In this document: in pieces, positions 48,786 through 59,149 of the stretch
How the letters are laid out: every line of letters begins with the position of its first letter
Numbering within the stretch: the first letter of the stretch is position 1
Virus record (IMG/VR): IMGVR_UViG_3300026189_000003
Coordinates: 1-64,000 of that record
DNA: 64,000 nucleotides
DNA from: a virus
Direction: 5' to 3' (one strand)
Notes under the pieces: model-generated
The model's input: only the letters and a program-made list of their open reading frames with translations
Told to the model about the DNA's origin: nothing
Databases searched by the model: none
Position numbers and translations under genes: made by a program

Positions 48786-51700
48786 TAATACTCTCCCACA
48801 GCACCAGAAGTAACTGATCTTAGATTAACTCCTGTTAAACCAGAGACAATCTCTACTTGATTAACTGTGGCAGTACTAAAGAATAGTTCATTACTTCCAG
48901 CTTTGATTTGAAATAGGTCACCAAATTTTGCTTCTGCATCTTTTGGTACAATAACCACACTTGATATCTTACTTGACAACCTAGTATGAATAAAAGCGGC
49001 AAGTTCACTATAATAAAATGTATCACCAAAGTCCCAATTAGAAATAGAAAAGTAACTATTGATTGCTTGAATGATTTCTGTTTTAATTTCGTTATCAGTG
49101 TAATTTGTATTTGGTATCTTAACTACTCTAAAGATAGCTTGATTCTGTTCATCAGCAGTTGGTCCAAATAATAATTTAAATTTAGCTGATGAATAAATTA
49201 ATTGATCACTTATTGATCTATATTTTTCTAATTCACCAACACTGTTTTTAATTTCTTGTGAAGTAGGTTCTGCAGGAAATAATGATCTTGCTTTTCCACT
49301 GCTAAACCAGTTTTGTACATTAGTATAATGTGTTTTATCTAATATAACTAATTCAATAATATTACTTACTGAAGGATCAATTCTTTGTGATCTTGGTGCA
49401 CTGTGTTTGTAGTGAAAATAAAATTTCTCTGCGTCACTAAATGCTCTACCTACAAAAGCCTTGTAAGTTTTTTTATTAGTACTATTATACCCGGCTCTTC
49501 TTGTATAAGATGAACTGTTTACATCATTAACTAATTTGATTGCTGTGTTCTCTACACCTGAACCATTACCTCTGTAGAAAAAGAAGTTGTTGGCCGCTGT
49601 TGAATCAGCTGTTACAAATGCTAATCCGTTAACACTTGAAGCGGCAAGTTTAGTAGTAACTTGCGTAACATCTGAACTTAATTTATAATATGTGTATCCG
49701 TCATAATCAATATAATTTTCAAAAAATACATAATGATTATCACTTATTAAATCATCGTGTGCAATTGGATTGTCTGGTGAACCACTATTGTCAGAGTCAA
49801 TATTTGTTACTTTAATTTTTTTAATATCTACGTAGCCGTCTTGTTCTGTAAAGCTATCTGAAATACTAAATGTAATTGGATTGACTAGTTTCGCCGCATT
49901 GCCTGGATCAGTCAACAATTTAACATCTTTGTTTATGTTTAAAAGTTCTATAGTATCTTGTACTGCTTTACCAGTAGTTGAATCAATATTTTTATAGTCA
50001 CTAACATAAAAGAATCTAACTTCATCTTTACTTTCAAATACGTAATCTAATCCTCTTATAGTAAATTCATATTTTGGAGATGAAGCTGTAGATGCCGCCG
50101 GCACATATTTTGCATAAACCAACCATGAAGTATCACTAGCTAGAGCTTGATATCCTGGTGGAAATTTACTGTTATATGCTACACTAAATTCATTAGTTGT
50201 ATCTAGGTAATCGTCAGCTATAACATACCAGCCTTCTTTTTTAAGACTTGGGTCGTTATAATGATAACCTATTCCAAAGTTTACACCTGCCTGCATCTGT
50301 GTTCTAATAGTTTCTTTTTCTGTTGTCGACAATGCAGTTCTAAAGTTTGGCAATATTTTTCTAATCTTATATCCATTTGTGATTTGCTTATCTAATTGTA
50401 TTGAACCTGCTGTATCTGAATTTGTAACAACACCATTATTTCTTACACTTACTACTGTGGTAAAGATACTTTTTGTTGGTGTTGAATAATCATCTACAAA
50501 TTCTAAAACTGTTCCTGGTCTAATCATACCTAGTTTTTCGTTATTGTTTAATGGATTATTATGTACACCAGTTGCTTGTGAAAATGTTTTATCGGCCGCA
50601 CCTGCAATTACAAAATATCCTGTTTGACTTTGACCCGCACTAGGATATGTTACCCATTCATTTTTCTCAGTACTAGCTGACTGCATAACAAATTGATTTG
50701 CATCATGTGTTGCCTCGACAGCTTTTTTATATGTGTCATAATAATAGTTAGATAATAAATTCTTTTGAATTAATGGTTCTAATATGTTTTCAATTATATA
50801 AGTGTAACTAGTATAATCTACAACCGTACCAGTTATTTCTTCACTGTTTAATGTAAAGTCTGGATTTTTATAAAGTATTCCATCTTCTCCATATACGTTT
50901 ACACTTTTTACTGTTCCTGTAGGATCATTGATATCTAAGTATCTAGAATGACCTATGTGCGTTTTGTTTATAGATTTAATTTTTTGAATTGAGTTACTTT
51001 GTGTTAAAGGAAAAATATTATAATCTTCAGCATTAATCATTCTGTCCTGTGAGTAATAAGACTTAGGAGCATTTTGTTTAATACTAGCATCAGATTCAGT
51101 TGCTTGTGAATTTGAAACAGTATAATTTAATGACAATGATAATGTAAGAATATATTCTTGTCCTTCGTTGTTTTTATAACTTATATTAATCTCTTTGTTT
51201 TGAATTCTGTTTTTTCTTAGTACTTGTCCTTGTCCTGAACTTCTTCTAAACCATACTCTAAAATTTCCTTTAGGAGCAACACCAAAGTTACCATCACTAA
51301 AGTTAATAGTAGCTTTATCATTGTTTTGAGATTGTACTGTAAAAATATTTGTATCACTAATAGCTAAACTATTGTATATTGTATTTTGTCCAAATAAACT
51401 TGGTACCTTTTTCCATTTTTCTAAAACAACTCCGCTGTTAGAAACTTTTTGAACATAAACATCTAGTTCATTAATATTAGATAATGGCAAGTCAATTGAT
51501 CTGTTTGGTACAGGCGAAGCAAAATTATAATCTTCAAAGTTCATTTCACCTTCTTTAAAATATGCAAAGAAGCCATTATTGATACTTGAAAAACCTTGGT
51601 TGTCATTTTTGTAAATTAAATTATATGGCTCTGCTTGGTCTGGATCTTTTTCATAAAAGTATCCATCCGGATGAATATCTGATTTAACAACGTCAATGGA

Positions 51701-52330
51701 TGTATTAATACCATCTATGTTTTCACTAAAATTTTGTATAACTGGTTGAGTCGTAGTACTATTAATATTGTACATCTCAGAAAGTATAGTATTCACTGTT
51801 CCACTTTTAACAGGATCACCAAATTGGTTTGTACTATTGAAAGCACTGTTAAGAATTTGTAACCACTGATCGTACCATTCTGTATTGTTTGCATCGTTCC
51901 ATGTAACATTTGTGTTAGATAAATTTGTTCCTTCTGAATCAACTAAAGGTTCAGTAGTTCTAACTTTGTTAACTTTTAATAATCCTCTTGCTGGAGTATT
52001 TCTTTTTGGTGTGTAGTTTACAAGTTTAGCAAGTTTGATAATGCTATCTCTTCTTTCGGCTGTATCAAAAAAGTTTTCTCTTGAATTTAAATCTGTTCTA
52101 AATGCTAGACTTTGTCCCATGTAAGACAATAAATCTATGATAGCAATAAATTCACTTGATTGAATATAGTCATTGAAATCTTCAGGATAGTTTGTTTGAA
52201 TATAATTCAACATACTTGTTCTGATTGAATCGTAATCGTATGACGTAAAGTCTGCCTGTGTAAAACTTCTATATATTGTTTTCCAATCTTCTGCTGAAAA
52301 TAAATTGTCTTGTCTTTGTATTTGACTCAT
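48785..52330 (-). CDS. Baseplate wedge subunit (T4 gp6-like)
   Basis: DFTSYDYDSIR..YPEDFNDY..A.RRDSI.KLAKLVNY; FSDGNFG; ESDASIKQNAP..QDRMINAEDY. Confidence 0.85.
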   Translation of the reverse strand: MSQIQRQDNLFSAEDWKTIYRSFTQADFTSYDYDSIRTSMLNYIQTNYPEDFNDYIQSSEFIAIIDLLSYMGQSLAFRTDLNSRENFFDTAERRDSIIKLAKLVNYTPKRNTPARGLLKVNKVRTTEPLVDSEGTNLSNTNVTWNDANNTEWYDQWLQILNSAFNSTNQFGDPVKSGTVNTILSEMYNINSTTTQPVIQNFSENIDGINTSIDVVKSDIHPDGYFYEKDPDQAEPYNLIYKNDNQGFSSINNGFFAYFKEGEMNFEDYNFASPVPNRSIDLPLSNINELDVYVQKVSNSGVVLEKWKKVPSLFGQNTIYNSLAISDTNIFTVQSQNNDKATINFSDGNFGVAPKGNFRVWFRRSSGQGQVLRKNRIQNKEINISYKNNEGQEYILTLSLSLNYTVSNSQATESDASIKQNAPKSYYSQDRMINAEDYNIFPLTQSNSIQKIKSINKTHIGHSRYLDINDPTGTVKSVNVYGEDGILYKNPDFTLNSEEITGTVVDYTSYTYIIENILEPLIQKNLLSNYYYDTYKKAVEATHDANQFVMQSASTEKNEWVTYPSAGQSQTGYFVIAGAADKTFSQATGVHNNPLNNNEKLGMIRPGTVLEFVDDYSTPTKSIFTTVVSVRNNGVVTNSDTAGSIQLDKQITNGYKIRKILPNFRTALSTTEKETIRTQMQAGVNFGIGYHYNDPSLKKEGWYVIADDYLDTTNEFSVAYNSKFPPGYQALASDTSWLVYAKYVPAASTASSPKYEFTIRGLDYVFESKDEVRFFYVSDYKNIDSTTGKAVQDTIELLNINKDVKLLTDPGNAAKLVNPITFSISDSFTEQDGYVDIKKIKVTNIDSDNSGSPDNPIAHDDLISDNHYVFFENYIDYDGYTYYKLSSDVTQVTTKLAASSVNGLAFVTADSTAANNFFFYRGNGSGVENTAIKLVNDVNSSSYTRRAGYNSTNKKTYKAFVGRAFSDAEKFYFHYKHSAPRSQRIDPSVSNIIELVILDKTHYTNVQNWFSSGKARSLFPAEPTSQEIKNSVGELEKYRSISDQLIYSSAKFKLLFGPTADEQNQAIFRVVKIPNTNYTDNEIKTEIIQAINSYFSISNWDFGDTFYYSELAAFIHTRLSSKISSVVIVPKDAEAKFGDLFQIKAGSNELFFSTATVNQVEIVSGLTGVNLRSVTSGAVGEY

Positions 52331-52764
52331 TATATTGTTTCTCTTTCAAATTCTAGTTGCATTGTTGCTTGTTGATTATAAGGCAAAACATTGATCCCAA
52401 TATCTAATCTTAATCCATTTTCGGATTCTACTACATTAGTATCAATTAATTGAACTCTAGGATCACTATTGATTACTGCTTGACAATCTTCTACTATTAA
52501 TTCTTTATTGTGTTCATCTAATGGTTCATACAGCATATCCCAAATTACTGAACCAAAGTTTGGATTCATAACTCTCTCACCTTTTCTTGTATAAAAATGA
52601 TTAACTAGATCCTGTTTGATTAAATCGAGATCGAATAGCTGATTAGATTTGTCACTAGTTAGTGTACTAAATCCTTTATATGTGCCACGTGGAAAAGATC
52701 CAGTATTACTACTGTTTGTGGAAGAAGTTGAAACTCCAGTATTTGTCGTTGTCGTATATGCCAT
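52330..52764 (-). CDS. Baseplate wedge subunit (gp25-like)
   Basis: IKQDLVNHFYTRKGERVMNPNFGS..LYEP..DPRV. Confidence 0.9.
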   Translation of the reverse strand: MAYTTTTNTGVSTSSTNSSNTGSFPRGTYKGFSTLTSDKSNQLFDLDLIKQDLVNHFYTRKGERVMNPNFGSVIWDMLYEPLDEHNKELIVEDCQAVINSDPRVQLIDTNVVESENGLRLDIGINVLPYNQQATMQLEFERETI

Positions 52765-52783
52765 ATCTTTTTTACTCTACAGA

Positions 52784-52791
52784 TATTTATA
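52784..52791 (-). promoter_or_regulatory. T4-type late promoter TATAAATA
   Basis: Exact motif heading the baseplate operon. Confidence 0.75.
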
Positions 52792-52857
52792 GATGATTTT
52801 ATATGCTGTTTTAATTATATATCATAAATATCTTAAAATACAAAACAATGAGAAATT

Positions 52858-53421
52858 ATGGCTTCAAAATTTGAAAATTTCACCAGTGAAGATAGGATAG
52901 AAGTATCCTTACTGGATAATGACGTACATTATTTGTACGGAGATATTGCTGAGGAAAATACAGCTCAAGCTATCAAATGGATATTGCACTCCAATCTTAA
53001 AAAGAAGCCAAAAAGAACTCTTACTTTATATATAAATTCATATGGCGGAGACGTTTATCAGATGTTTGCATTGATTGATATTATGAAAAATAGCTATCAT
53101 CATATTAGTACTATCGGTATTGGTAGTATAATGAGTGCGGCTTTACTCATATTAGCCAGTGGTGCAAAAGGTCATAGATATCTTGGAAAGAATACTGGTA
53201 TAATGAATCATCAACATTCAGATGCACTTGAATCAAAAATGCACGATCTAAGAGCTTCAATGAAAGAAAATGTTCATGTTGAGCAAAGATGTTTCCAAAT
53301 TTTAAGAGAAGCCACAGGATTTTCACTAGCTGATGTACGTAAAAAATTCAATAATCCTTCAGATCAGTACTTCACGGCAAAACAATTGGTTGACTTAAAG
53401 GTGGCAGATCATATACTATAG
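52858..53421 (+). CDS. clpP: ClpP-like protease (peptidase S14)
   Basis: LYINSYGG; catalytic S (IMSAA), H (MNHQ), D (DQYFTA). Confidence 0.85.
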   Translation: MASKFENFTSEDRIEVSLLDNDVHYLYGDIAEENTAQAIKWILHSNLKKKPKRTLTLYINSYGGDVYQMFALIDIMKNSYHHISTIGIGSIMSAALLILASGAKGHRYLGKNTGIMNHQHSDALESKMHDLRASMKENVHVEQRCFQILREATGFSLADVRKKFNNPSDQYFTAKQLVDLKVADHIL

Positions 53422-53425
53422 GTAT

Positions 53426-53659
53426 ATGAGCGATCAAATCAAAAACTTTTCCAGCGGGAAAGATTGGTGGTATATGGATAGAAAACAAGCTATCCAACTT
53501 CTAGATGTAGTTACTGAAGCATATAATAAGAAGCTTTCAGAAGAACTATGGTATGATGACCATGATGTAGCTCTAAAAATGTATGAAATCAAAAACGATA
53601 TCATGCGATTTCCTGACATAATATTCCGTAATGCTGGAATTAAAATTGAAAAAGACTGA
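53426..53659 (+). CDS. Hypothetical protein
   Basis: ORF just downstream of TTGACT...TACTAT at 53390-53419. Confidence 0.7.
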   Translation: MSDQIKNFSSGKDWWYMDRKQAIQLLDVVTEAYNKKLSEELWYDDHDVALKMYEIKNDIMRFPDIIFRNAGIKIEKD

Positions 53660-53687
53660 TAGTTGGAAAGAAAAATGCAATTACCGG

Positions 53688-53716
53688 TTGACAAGTAATC
53701 AATTATAATATATTAT
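53688..53716 (+). promoter_or_regulatory. sigma70-type promoter
   Basis: TTGACA-17-TATTAT. Confidence 0.7.
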
Positions 53717-53767
53717 AAGGATGTTATGTTAATAAAGTTAATCAAATATCTCGGAGGTAACAAAGAT

Positions 53768-54082
53768 ATGGCAAGAACAAAACAATACGTAGTATACACT
53801 AGAGAGTTCTCAAAAGGAAGAGTTAACAATAAAGTTGGCGTTTTCATCGAGGACAAAAAAAATGCTACAGATAACAACGGCGATGTAAACGGTGGTGTTA
53901 TCAAATTCAAAAACCTTAAAATGAAAAGATCAACACCAACAACTGATCTAGTTTCAAAAGGTTATGACTTCAACGTAAGAGTAATTGGTACTGGTTCGTA
54001 CGAAACTGCGAAACAAATCAGAAGCTCTGTACTTGAATTATTGTCTGATGCAGGTAAAACTGTTATCAATGCTAACGCATAA
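53768..54082 (+). CDS. Small basic protein, probably highly expressed
   Basis: SD GGAGG; own promoter and terminator; TTC/AAC/ATC-biased codons. Confidence 0.8.
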   Translation: MARTKQYVVYTREFSKGRVNNKVGVFIEDKKNATDNNGDVNGGVIKFKNLKMKRSTPTTDLVSKGYDFNVRVIGTGSYETAKQIRSSVLELLSDAGKTVINANA

Positions 54083-54121
54083 TAATAATAATAAGGTAAG
54101 ACAATAATAGTATAAACTCTT

Positions 54122-54149
54122 AAAAAGGCGCTTCGGCGCCTTTTTTTTT
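54122..54149 (+). terminator. Rho-independent terminator
   Basis: AAAAAGGCGC-TTCG-GCGCCTTTTTTTTT. Confidence 0.92.
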
Positions 54150-54255
54150 ACTTATTAACAGATATATTTCTGTTGGTGAAATCGGTTAACAGGAGTGTTA
54201 ACCAAAATCAATGTGTTTAAATATTAAACACACAATTTAGTTAGGAGGTCCAATT

Positions 54256-54489
54256 ATGGATATTATTACTAAAATTAAATCATGGGCGTCAGCTTTAGCA
54301 GATGTCGGTGTATCACTTATAGCACTAGGTATAGTTCTAGAAGTGCTATTTGGAGGACAGGGCATTCCGTTCTGGCCTAACATTTCAGTAATCGGAAATG
54401 TACAATCAATTATCGCAGGTTTCTCAGCACAAGGTTTAGTTGGGTTAGTTGCAGTTTGGGTATTGTATCACATATACAAATCTAAATAA
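54256..54489 (+). CDS. Small two-TM membrane protein
   Basis: SD AGGAGG; TAAATA upstream; hydrophobic. Confidence 0.85.
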   Translation: MDIITKIKSWASALADVGVSLIALGIVLEVLFGGQGIPFWPNISVIGNVQSIIAGFSAQGLVGLVAVWVLYHIYKSK

Positions 54490-54498
54490 AGACCTCAT

Positions 54499-54523
54499 AA
54501 AAAGGTCGCTTCGGCGGCCTTTT
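54499..54523 (+). terminator. Rho-independent terminator
   Basis: AAAAAGGTCGC-TTCG-GCGGCCTTTT. Confidence 0.8.
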
Positions 54524-54546
54524 ACTTTCACACAAAAGGAGAAAAT

Positions 54547-54669
54547 ATGAATTTTTTCAAAAATAAATGGACATGGGTTGGCATTGCAGTTGTTTTAGTT
54601 GCCGCATGGCTTATGATCGGCGGAGACATTCCAATGATATCTGGTGGTGAAACACCGGCCGCAGAATAA
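54547..54669 (+). CDS. Small single-TM protein (40 aa)
   Basis: SD AAGGAG; MNFFKNKWTWVGIAVVLVAAWLMIGG...; not in ORF track. Confidence 0.75.
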   Translation: MNFFKNKWTWVGIAVVLVAAWLMIGGDIPMISGGETPAAE

Positions 54670-54690
54670 TAAAAATCTAAAGTTTAAATT

Positions 54691-54717
54691 AAGGCGTCTT
54701 CATGGCGCCTTTTTTTA
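54691..54717. terminator. Terminator between convergent genes
   Basis: AAGGCGTC-ttcat-GGCGCCTTTTTTT. Confidence 0.8.
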
Positions 54718-56145
54718 TGACTGGTTTGCTAAACTTTTACTTTCGTGATCAGGATATGGTTCTCTAGTTGGGAACCTAGATAATATCGAACCTCTAGTAG
54801 CTTCTGTAACTCTAGGAGAATTCAATGCCGGACCATTTCTAGTTTCTAAAATATTGGTGTACAATAAATTACCATCGCTATCAACTTGTAAAGATATACC
54901 ACTGACTGCAGAGGCAGTGCCTGCCGCTGGTCCGTTCATGTGTATTACTGTTGCTGTTTCATAGTGTCCTGTACTAGCAGTGATATTTGACGAACCTTTT
55001 GAAGCTGTTAAAAAATGACTTTGTTCACTAAAGATGTTAGTTGATCCTGTAGTACTCATATGTAACCCATGTGTTTCTTTTGTTCCAGCTTGTAAGTTAA
55101 GATCTCCTGCTGATTGTATATGCACTTGTCCATATACATCGCCCAGATCGGTTGTTGATTTAGGTTGTGTTAATATATTGTTTTGTTTGTGTTGAGTATG
55201 ATGAGCTTTAATATTGATGTTTCTACCCGCTTCGATATTCATATCTCTGTCAGCTCTAAAGTTTATATCTTTTTCTGATCTAACTGAAATTGAATCAGCT
55301 CCCCACATTTCAATTTTTCCTGAGTCAGATATTTCTACCCAACCTGTACCTTTACTGTTTACAACGTATATTGTGTTGTTAGTGTCATCTAATAGTATTT
55401 GTGAACCACCAACTGTTCTTAATCTAATGTGTTGCTGACTAGCATCGTCCATTACAAAAGAATGACCACCCGGTGTTAAAATACCAAAAACTTTTGAAGG
55501 AGATTCTCTCCTAGCTGTACTGTCAGATAATCCTCTTATGTTATCATTTTCTAAACCTTGTGTTGTGATACTTTTATATAATGGTTCGTGTTTAGCTCTT
55601 CTTACACCATCAACTGGTTTGCCTGCTTCAGTTTTAAAAATATTTAGGCCATCGCTTACTTCTTGGCTGACTCTATTGTGTTCAGCAACAGGAACTACAG
55701 GGGCGTCTTCACCAAATGTTGCACCTTTGGCTATTCCTGGTATCATATGATTCATTCCTGGTTGAAATAAACAACCTAAACAAACACCATTATTTTGATG
55801 ACCATTTACAAAAGCAACTACAACAATATTACCAACGTCCGGTGGTGTCATCCACATACCATAACTTCTTTGTGTTGACTCGTAAGCATTTTCTCTATCT
55901 GCTTCACCCTTAATTAAAGAACCTTGCGAAGTAGTACCTGCAAAAGGAGAACTCCATAAAACAGTTTTCCATTTACTTGAATCAGTTTTGTCTGCTTGGC
56001 TTCCGTATAAAAAAACTTTTAAACGACCCATTCTAGCCGCATCTGTGGCATCCATCACTTCAGCAATCTGTATGCTATTAAGACCAGTTGCTTTAGTCTG
56101 ATGTTGATTATTAAATGCTCTAGTTGAACTTTCGCCTTTTTGCAT
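54715..56145 (-). CDS. Baseplate hub/spike protein (gp5/VgrG-like OB fold, no lysozyme domain)
   Basis: RMGRLKV, SYGMWMTPPDVG, GHSFVMDD, beta-helix repeats. Confidence 0.85.
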   Translation of the reverse strand: MQKGESSTRAFNNQHQTKATGLNSIQIAEVMDATDAARMGRLKVFLYGSQADKTDSSKWKTVLWSSPFAGTTSQGSLIKGEADRENAYESTQRSYGMWMTPPDVGNIVVVAFVNGHQNNGVCLGCLFQPGMNHMIPGIAKGATFGEDAPVVPVAEHNRVSQEVSDGLNIFKTEAGKPVDGVRRAKHEPLYKSITTQGLENDNIRGLSDSTARRESPSKVFGILTPGGHSFVMDDASQQHIRLRTVGGSQILLDDTNNTIYVVNSKGTGWVEISDSGKIEMWGADSISVRSEKDINFRADRDMNIEAGRNINIKAHHTQHKQNNILTQPKSTTDLGDVYGQVHIQSAGDLNLQAGTKETHGLHMSTTGSTNIFSEQSHFLTASKGSSNITASTGHYETATVIHMNGPAAGTASAVSGISLQVDSDGNLLYTNILETRNGPALNSPRVTEATRGSILSRFPTREPYPDHESKSLANQS

Positions 56146-58847
56146 TAGTAAGCTCCTCCATCATTATATGGTAATGATAATTTTTCTTTTAATTCTTTTG
56201 CCACTTTATTTTTCTTTTCTTTTATTTGCCAACTGTTAGGATCTTTTGTTAATGAGTTTGCTTTACCTACAACAGTTTCACCAACACCTGAAGCTTTTAA
56301 ATATTTTTCATAGTTAGTATTCTCTAATACATTTTTATCTCCAATTGGATTGGTTACATCAAAGTTTACATCAGATGCACCTATTTTGTTTGCTATCTCT
56401 GGATTACCGGCAAACTCAACTGTAATTTTTGGTACTGGAAGTTGATCATTTTGTTCACCGCTATTATCAGTATCTATTTTCTCAACTTTATCTTTCATTG
56501 ATTGATTGGTACTAGTCACATTGGCGGCGGCATCTTCTTTTTTATCGTAGCTTGAATATGGCTCCTGTAGTACTAATCCTAAATCAGTAATACTATCTCT
56601 TACCATTGACAGTCTTGTCATGAACTGTCCATTGTCAAATGTGTTATCAACTCTAACTACTCTGTAGATGGCAGTTAAAAATTGATCCGTATTCATTTTT
56701 AATTTTTCTGCTGATGTTTGTATTTCTGATCCTGATGCGGCTTCTTTAAGAGTCTCTGATGGATATCTGCTTGTGAAAAGTATAACATTTTCTCTTTTGA
56801 AATTAACTGCTTCTGTTGAAGAAAAATCAGCTGAGAATTCTGGTTTATCTAGCCAATATGGATCACCAATAATATCTAGCTCTGCACGTATCATTTCATT
56901 ACTACCTGTCTTGGCGTTTGTAATTACTGTATTAAATTCGCTACCTGCACCAACCTCAAACATTCCTTCATTGCTTGGCTGAATGTATCTTTCATAGAAC
57001 TGTGTTGGAAACTTTGTACCATACTTTTTAATACCTTCTTTATAACGAGCATCGCTTATTTTTTCTGCTAGTGTACTTTCCGGATCGCTATGAATATTAA
57101 AACGATCGTTCTTACCAAAACCAGCTACTGAACTTTCTTTTTCAAAGTTAATGTCGTTACTGTCTATAGCTGTTAGTTCTCCTAATGTGCCTTTGGCTGG
57201 GCTTCCTGGTGAAATACTACGATCATATTTTTCTGCATCTTTGTTAAATTGTTCTGCTAACGTATTATATGTTTCCAGCGAGTTTGCATCAGGCTCTACA
57301 CCTAAATCCATGTATGATTGTCTTACTTTTTTAAGAGTGTCATATCTAAGTACTAGTGTATCATAATTGCTACTACCTGCATTGCCTCCGGAGGCATGAG
57401 CCAAGTTAGCGGCATTTTGTGCCTTAATGGCTTTGTTATGATCTATGTTGTCTGAATCTTGTTGTATTGATGAGTTCATTGCAGAACCATATCTGTTGTA
57501 TAATCCTACAACAGTGTCTAACCCAAATACATACTGAAAGTTAAAGTTGATATCAAAGTTTGTTACGTCAATGTTCATTCCAGTATTATAATAGTCATAT
57601 CGTTTTACAATAGTTTTGCTTTGCATCATGTAATCAGTACGTTTTTTAGAATACTCTTCGTTTGGTTCAATCTCGTCTCTGACAGCGGCATTGATAGTAA
57701 CCATATCTTGTAAAGATATTGTCCATACAAATTTTCTTGCATAATCATTTCTTAATGGATCATATTTTATTATTTCATGATGACAAGCTATCATAGGCAA
57801 CATTTTTGTTAATTTAATATCTTCCCATTTGTCAGATGTAAAACTATCAGTAATACTATTAATCGCACCTCTTATCTGTTGTTGTGCATATACATTCCTC
57901 GCACAAAAAGTTTCAAGTACTTCACGTATACTAGTATTCTTTTCAATCTCGATCTTAACTGCACCTTCGTCTGTGCCTTGGTTTTGCAAATTCATTGCAT
58001 TAATATCGTCTTGTATAGGACTTGCTAAAAATTCTTGTGCTTTTGAATCATCTGTCTCCTGGCTATCGCCACCTTTCCATGGCCCTCTAACTTTAAATTC
58101 ATATTGATCTAAAATTAATTTAGTTTGACCTAGATAATGTTTTTCTTGCTCGTTAACTTTTTTCTTAAATGCTTGTAGAAATTCATCAAATGAATTAATT
58201 TGTTCACTGATAGAAAGATCTTGGATTAAATTATGATCATCTGATTTAGCAGTATCACTAGATCTTATTGCTTCTACATCATAGATTGTTGCACCATTAT
58301 CTATTCTATACGTCATTCTATTAATATTAATTGCGTAAACTCTTTTAGTGCCTGGTATCTCTTGTTCAGGTATAGAACCATCTTTGGATCTACCTTTCAA
58401 ATAAACCTGTAAGAAATAAGGATGTGAATAATGATTTTCAATATCTAATATTGATGCCGCCTTGTAAATATTTTGTACAAGATTACTACCCAATGGCTGT
58501 GTTATTGCCATTCTCATTTTAGTTGAAAATGTCAAACTAGACACTTGGTTTGGCGAAGCATAGGCTTCCATATCTAATCTTGTTATCTGTGCAACTGTTC
58601 CTGCTGTCTGTGCCAATATGATCATGTCATCAGTAAAAACACTTTTATTGTTTAAGTCATTAATATTAGCTGTAAGTTTCTCTGTACTTCTTTCTAAAGA
58701 TAACCAATTTTTTGTAACATTGGTTGTAGTCATTGCTAACGTAATGTCATACGTTACGTTTTCGTAATTGTGTAATACGTTAGGATTAGGATTGTCTCCA
58801 TCTTTGAACCAGTTCCAAAAACCTTTATTTGTGTTTGCGTACGCCAT
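56145..58847 (-). CDS. Baseplate hub protein (gp27-like, putative)
   Basis: NVLH.Y..VTY, LDIIGDPYW, Y.V..V...F..GQF; position before gp5. Confidence 0.65.
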   Translation of the reverse strand: MAYANTNKGFWNWFKDGDNPNPNVLHNYENVTYDITLAMTTTNVTKNWLSLERSTEKLTANINDLNNKSVFTDDMIILAQTAGTVAQITRLDMEAYASPNQVSSLTFSTKMRMAITQPLGSNLVQNIYKAASILDIENHYSHPYFLQVYLKGRSKDGSIPEQEIPGTKRVYAININRMTYRIDNGATIYDVEAIRSSDTAKSDDHNLIQDLSISEQINSFDEFLQAFKKKVNEQEKHYLGQTKLILDQYEFKVRGPWKGGDSQETDDSKAQEFLASPIQDDINAMNLQNQGTDEGAVKIEIEKNTSIREVLETFCARNVYAQQQIRGAINSITDSFTSDKWEDIKLTKMLPMIACHHEIIKYDPLRNDYARKFVWTISLQDMVTINAAVRDEIEPNEEYSKKRTDYMMQSKTIVKRYDYYNTGMNIDVTNFDINFNFQYVFGLDTVVGLYNRYGSAMNSSIQQDSDNIDHNKAIKAQNAANLAHASGGNAGSSNYDTLVLRYDTLKKVRQSYMDLGVEPDANSLETYNTLAEQFNKDAEKYDRSISPGSPAKGTLGELTAIDSNDINFEKESSVAGFGKNDRFNIHSDPESTLAEKISDARYKEGIKKYGTKFPTQFYERYIQPSNEGMFEVGAGSEFNTVITNAKTGSNEMIRAELDIIGDPYWLDKPEFSADFSSTEAVNFKRENVILFTSRYPSETLKEAASGSEIQTSAEKLKMNTDQFLTAIYRVVRVDNTFDNGQFMTRLSMVRDSITDLGLVLQEPYSSYDKKEDAAANVTSTNQSMKDKVEKIDTDNSGEQNDQLPVPKITVEFAGNPEIANKIGASDVNFDVTNPIGDKNVLENTNYEKYLKASGVGETVVGKANSLTKDPNSWQIKEKKNKVAKELKEKLSLPYNDGGAY

Positions 58848-58861
58848 GTTTAACTTCTTTA

Positions 58862-59149
58862 TTAAGCATTTATAGTTGATAGAGCATCAGCACTAGGAAT
58901 TCTAATTGTAACTCCTGTACGGAAATCTCTAATTGGGTCTTTTATTTCATTCATATTTCTTCTTGCAAAAACCCACCATAGCCTTGTGTTACCATACAAA
59001 CTGTATGCTAACAGATCCGGTCTTCGATCAAATTTTGATTCAATTGTGTAGTACTCATCATTGTCATCCATTGGCATAGATGGCATTTGTAAAATATCTC
59101 TATAATCATCGATGATTTTAGTTTTAAAATAAGGTGAGCTTGACGACAT
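58862..59149 (-). CDS. Baseplate wedge protein (gp53-like, LysM-type)
   Basis: RPDLLAYSLYGNTRLWWVFA..N..DP..G..I.IP. Confidence 0.88.
   Translation of the reverse strand: MSSSSPYFKTKIIDDYRDILQMPSMPMDDNDEYYTIESKFDRRPDLLAYSLYGNTRLWWVFARRNMNEIKDPIRDFRTGVTIRIPSADALSTINA

Noticed and set aside
37405-49171. Many short + strand ORFs opposite the large structural genes, and similar shadow ORFs elsewhere
   Set aside because: Antisense shadows of codon-biased real genes
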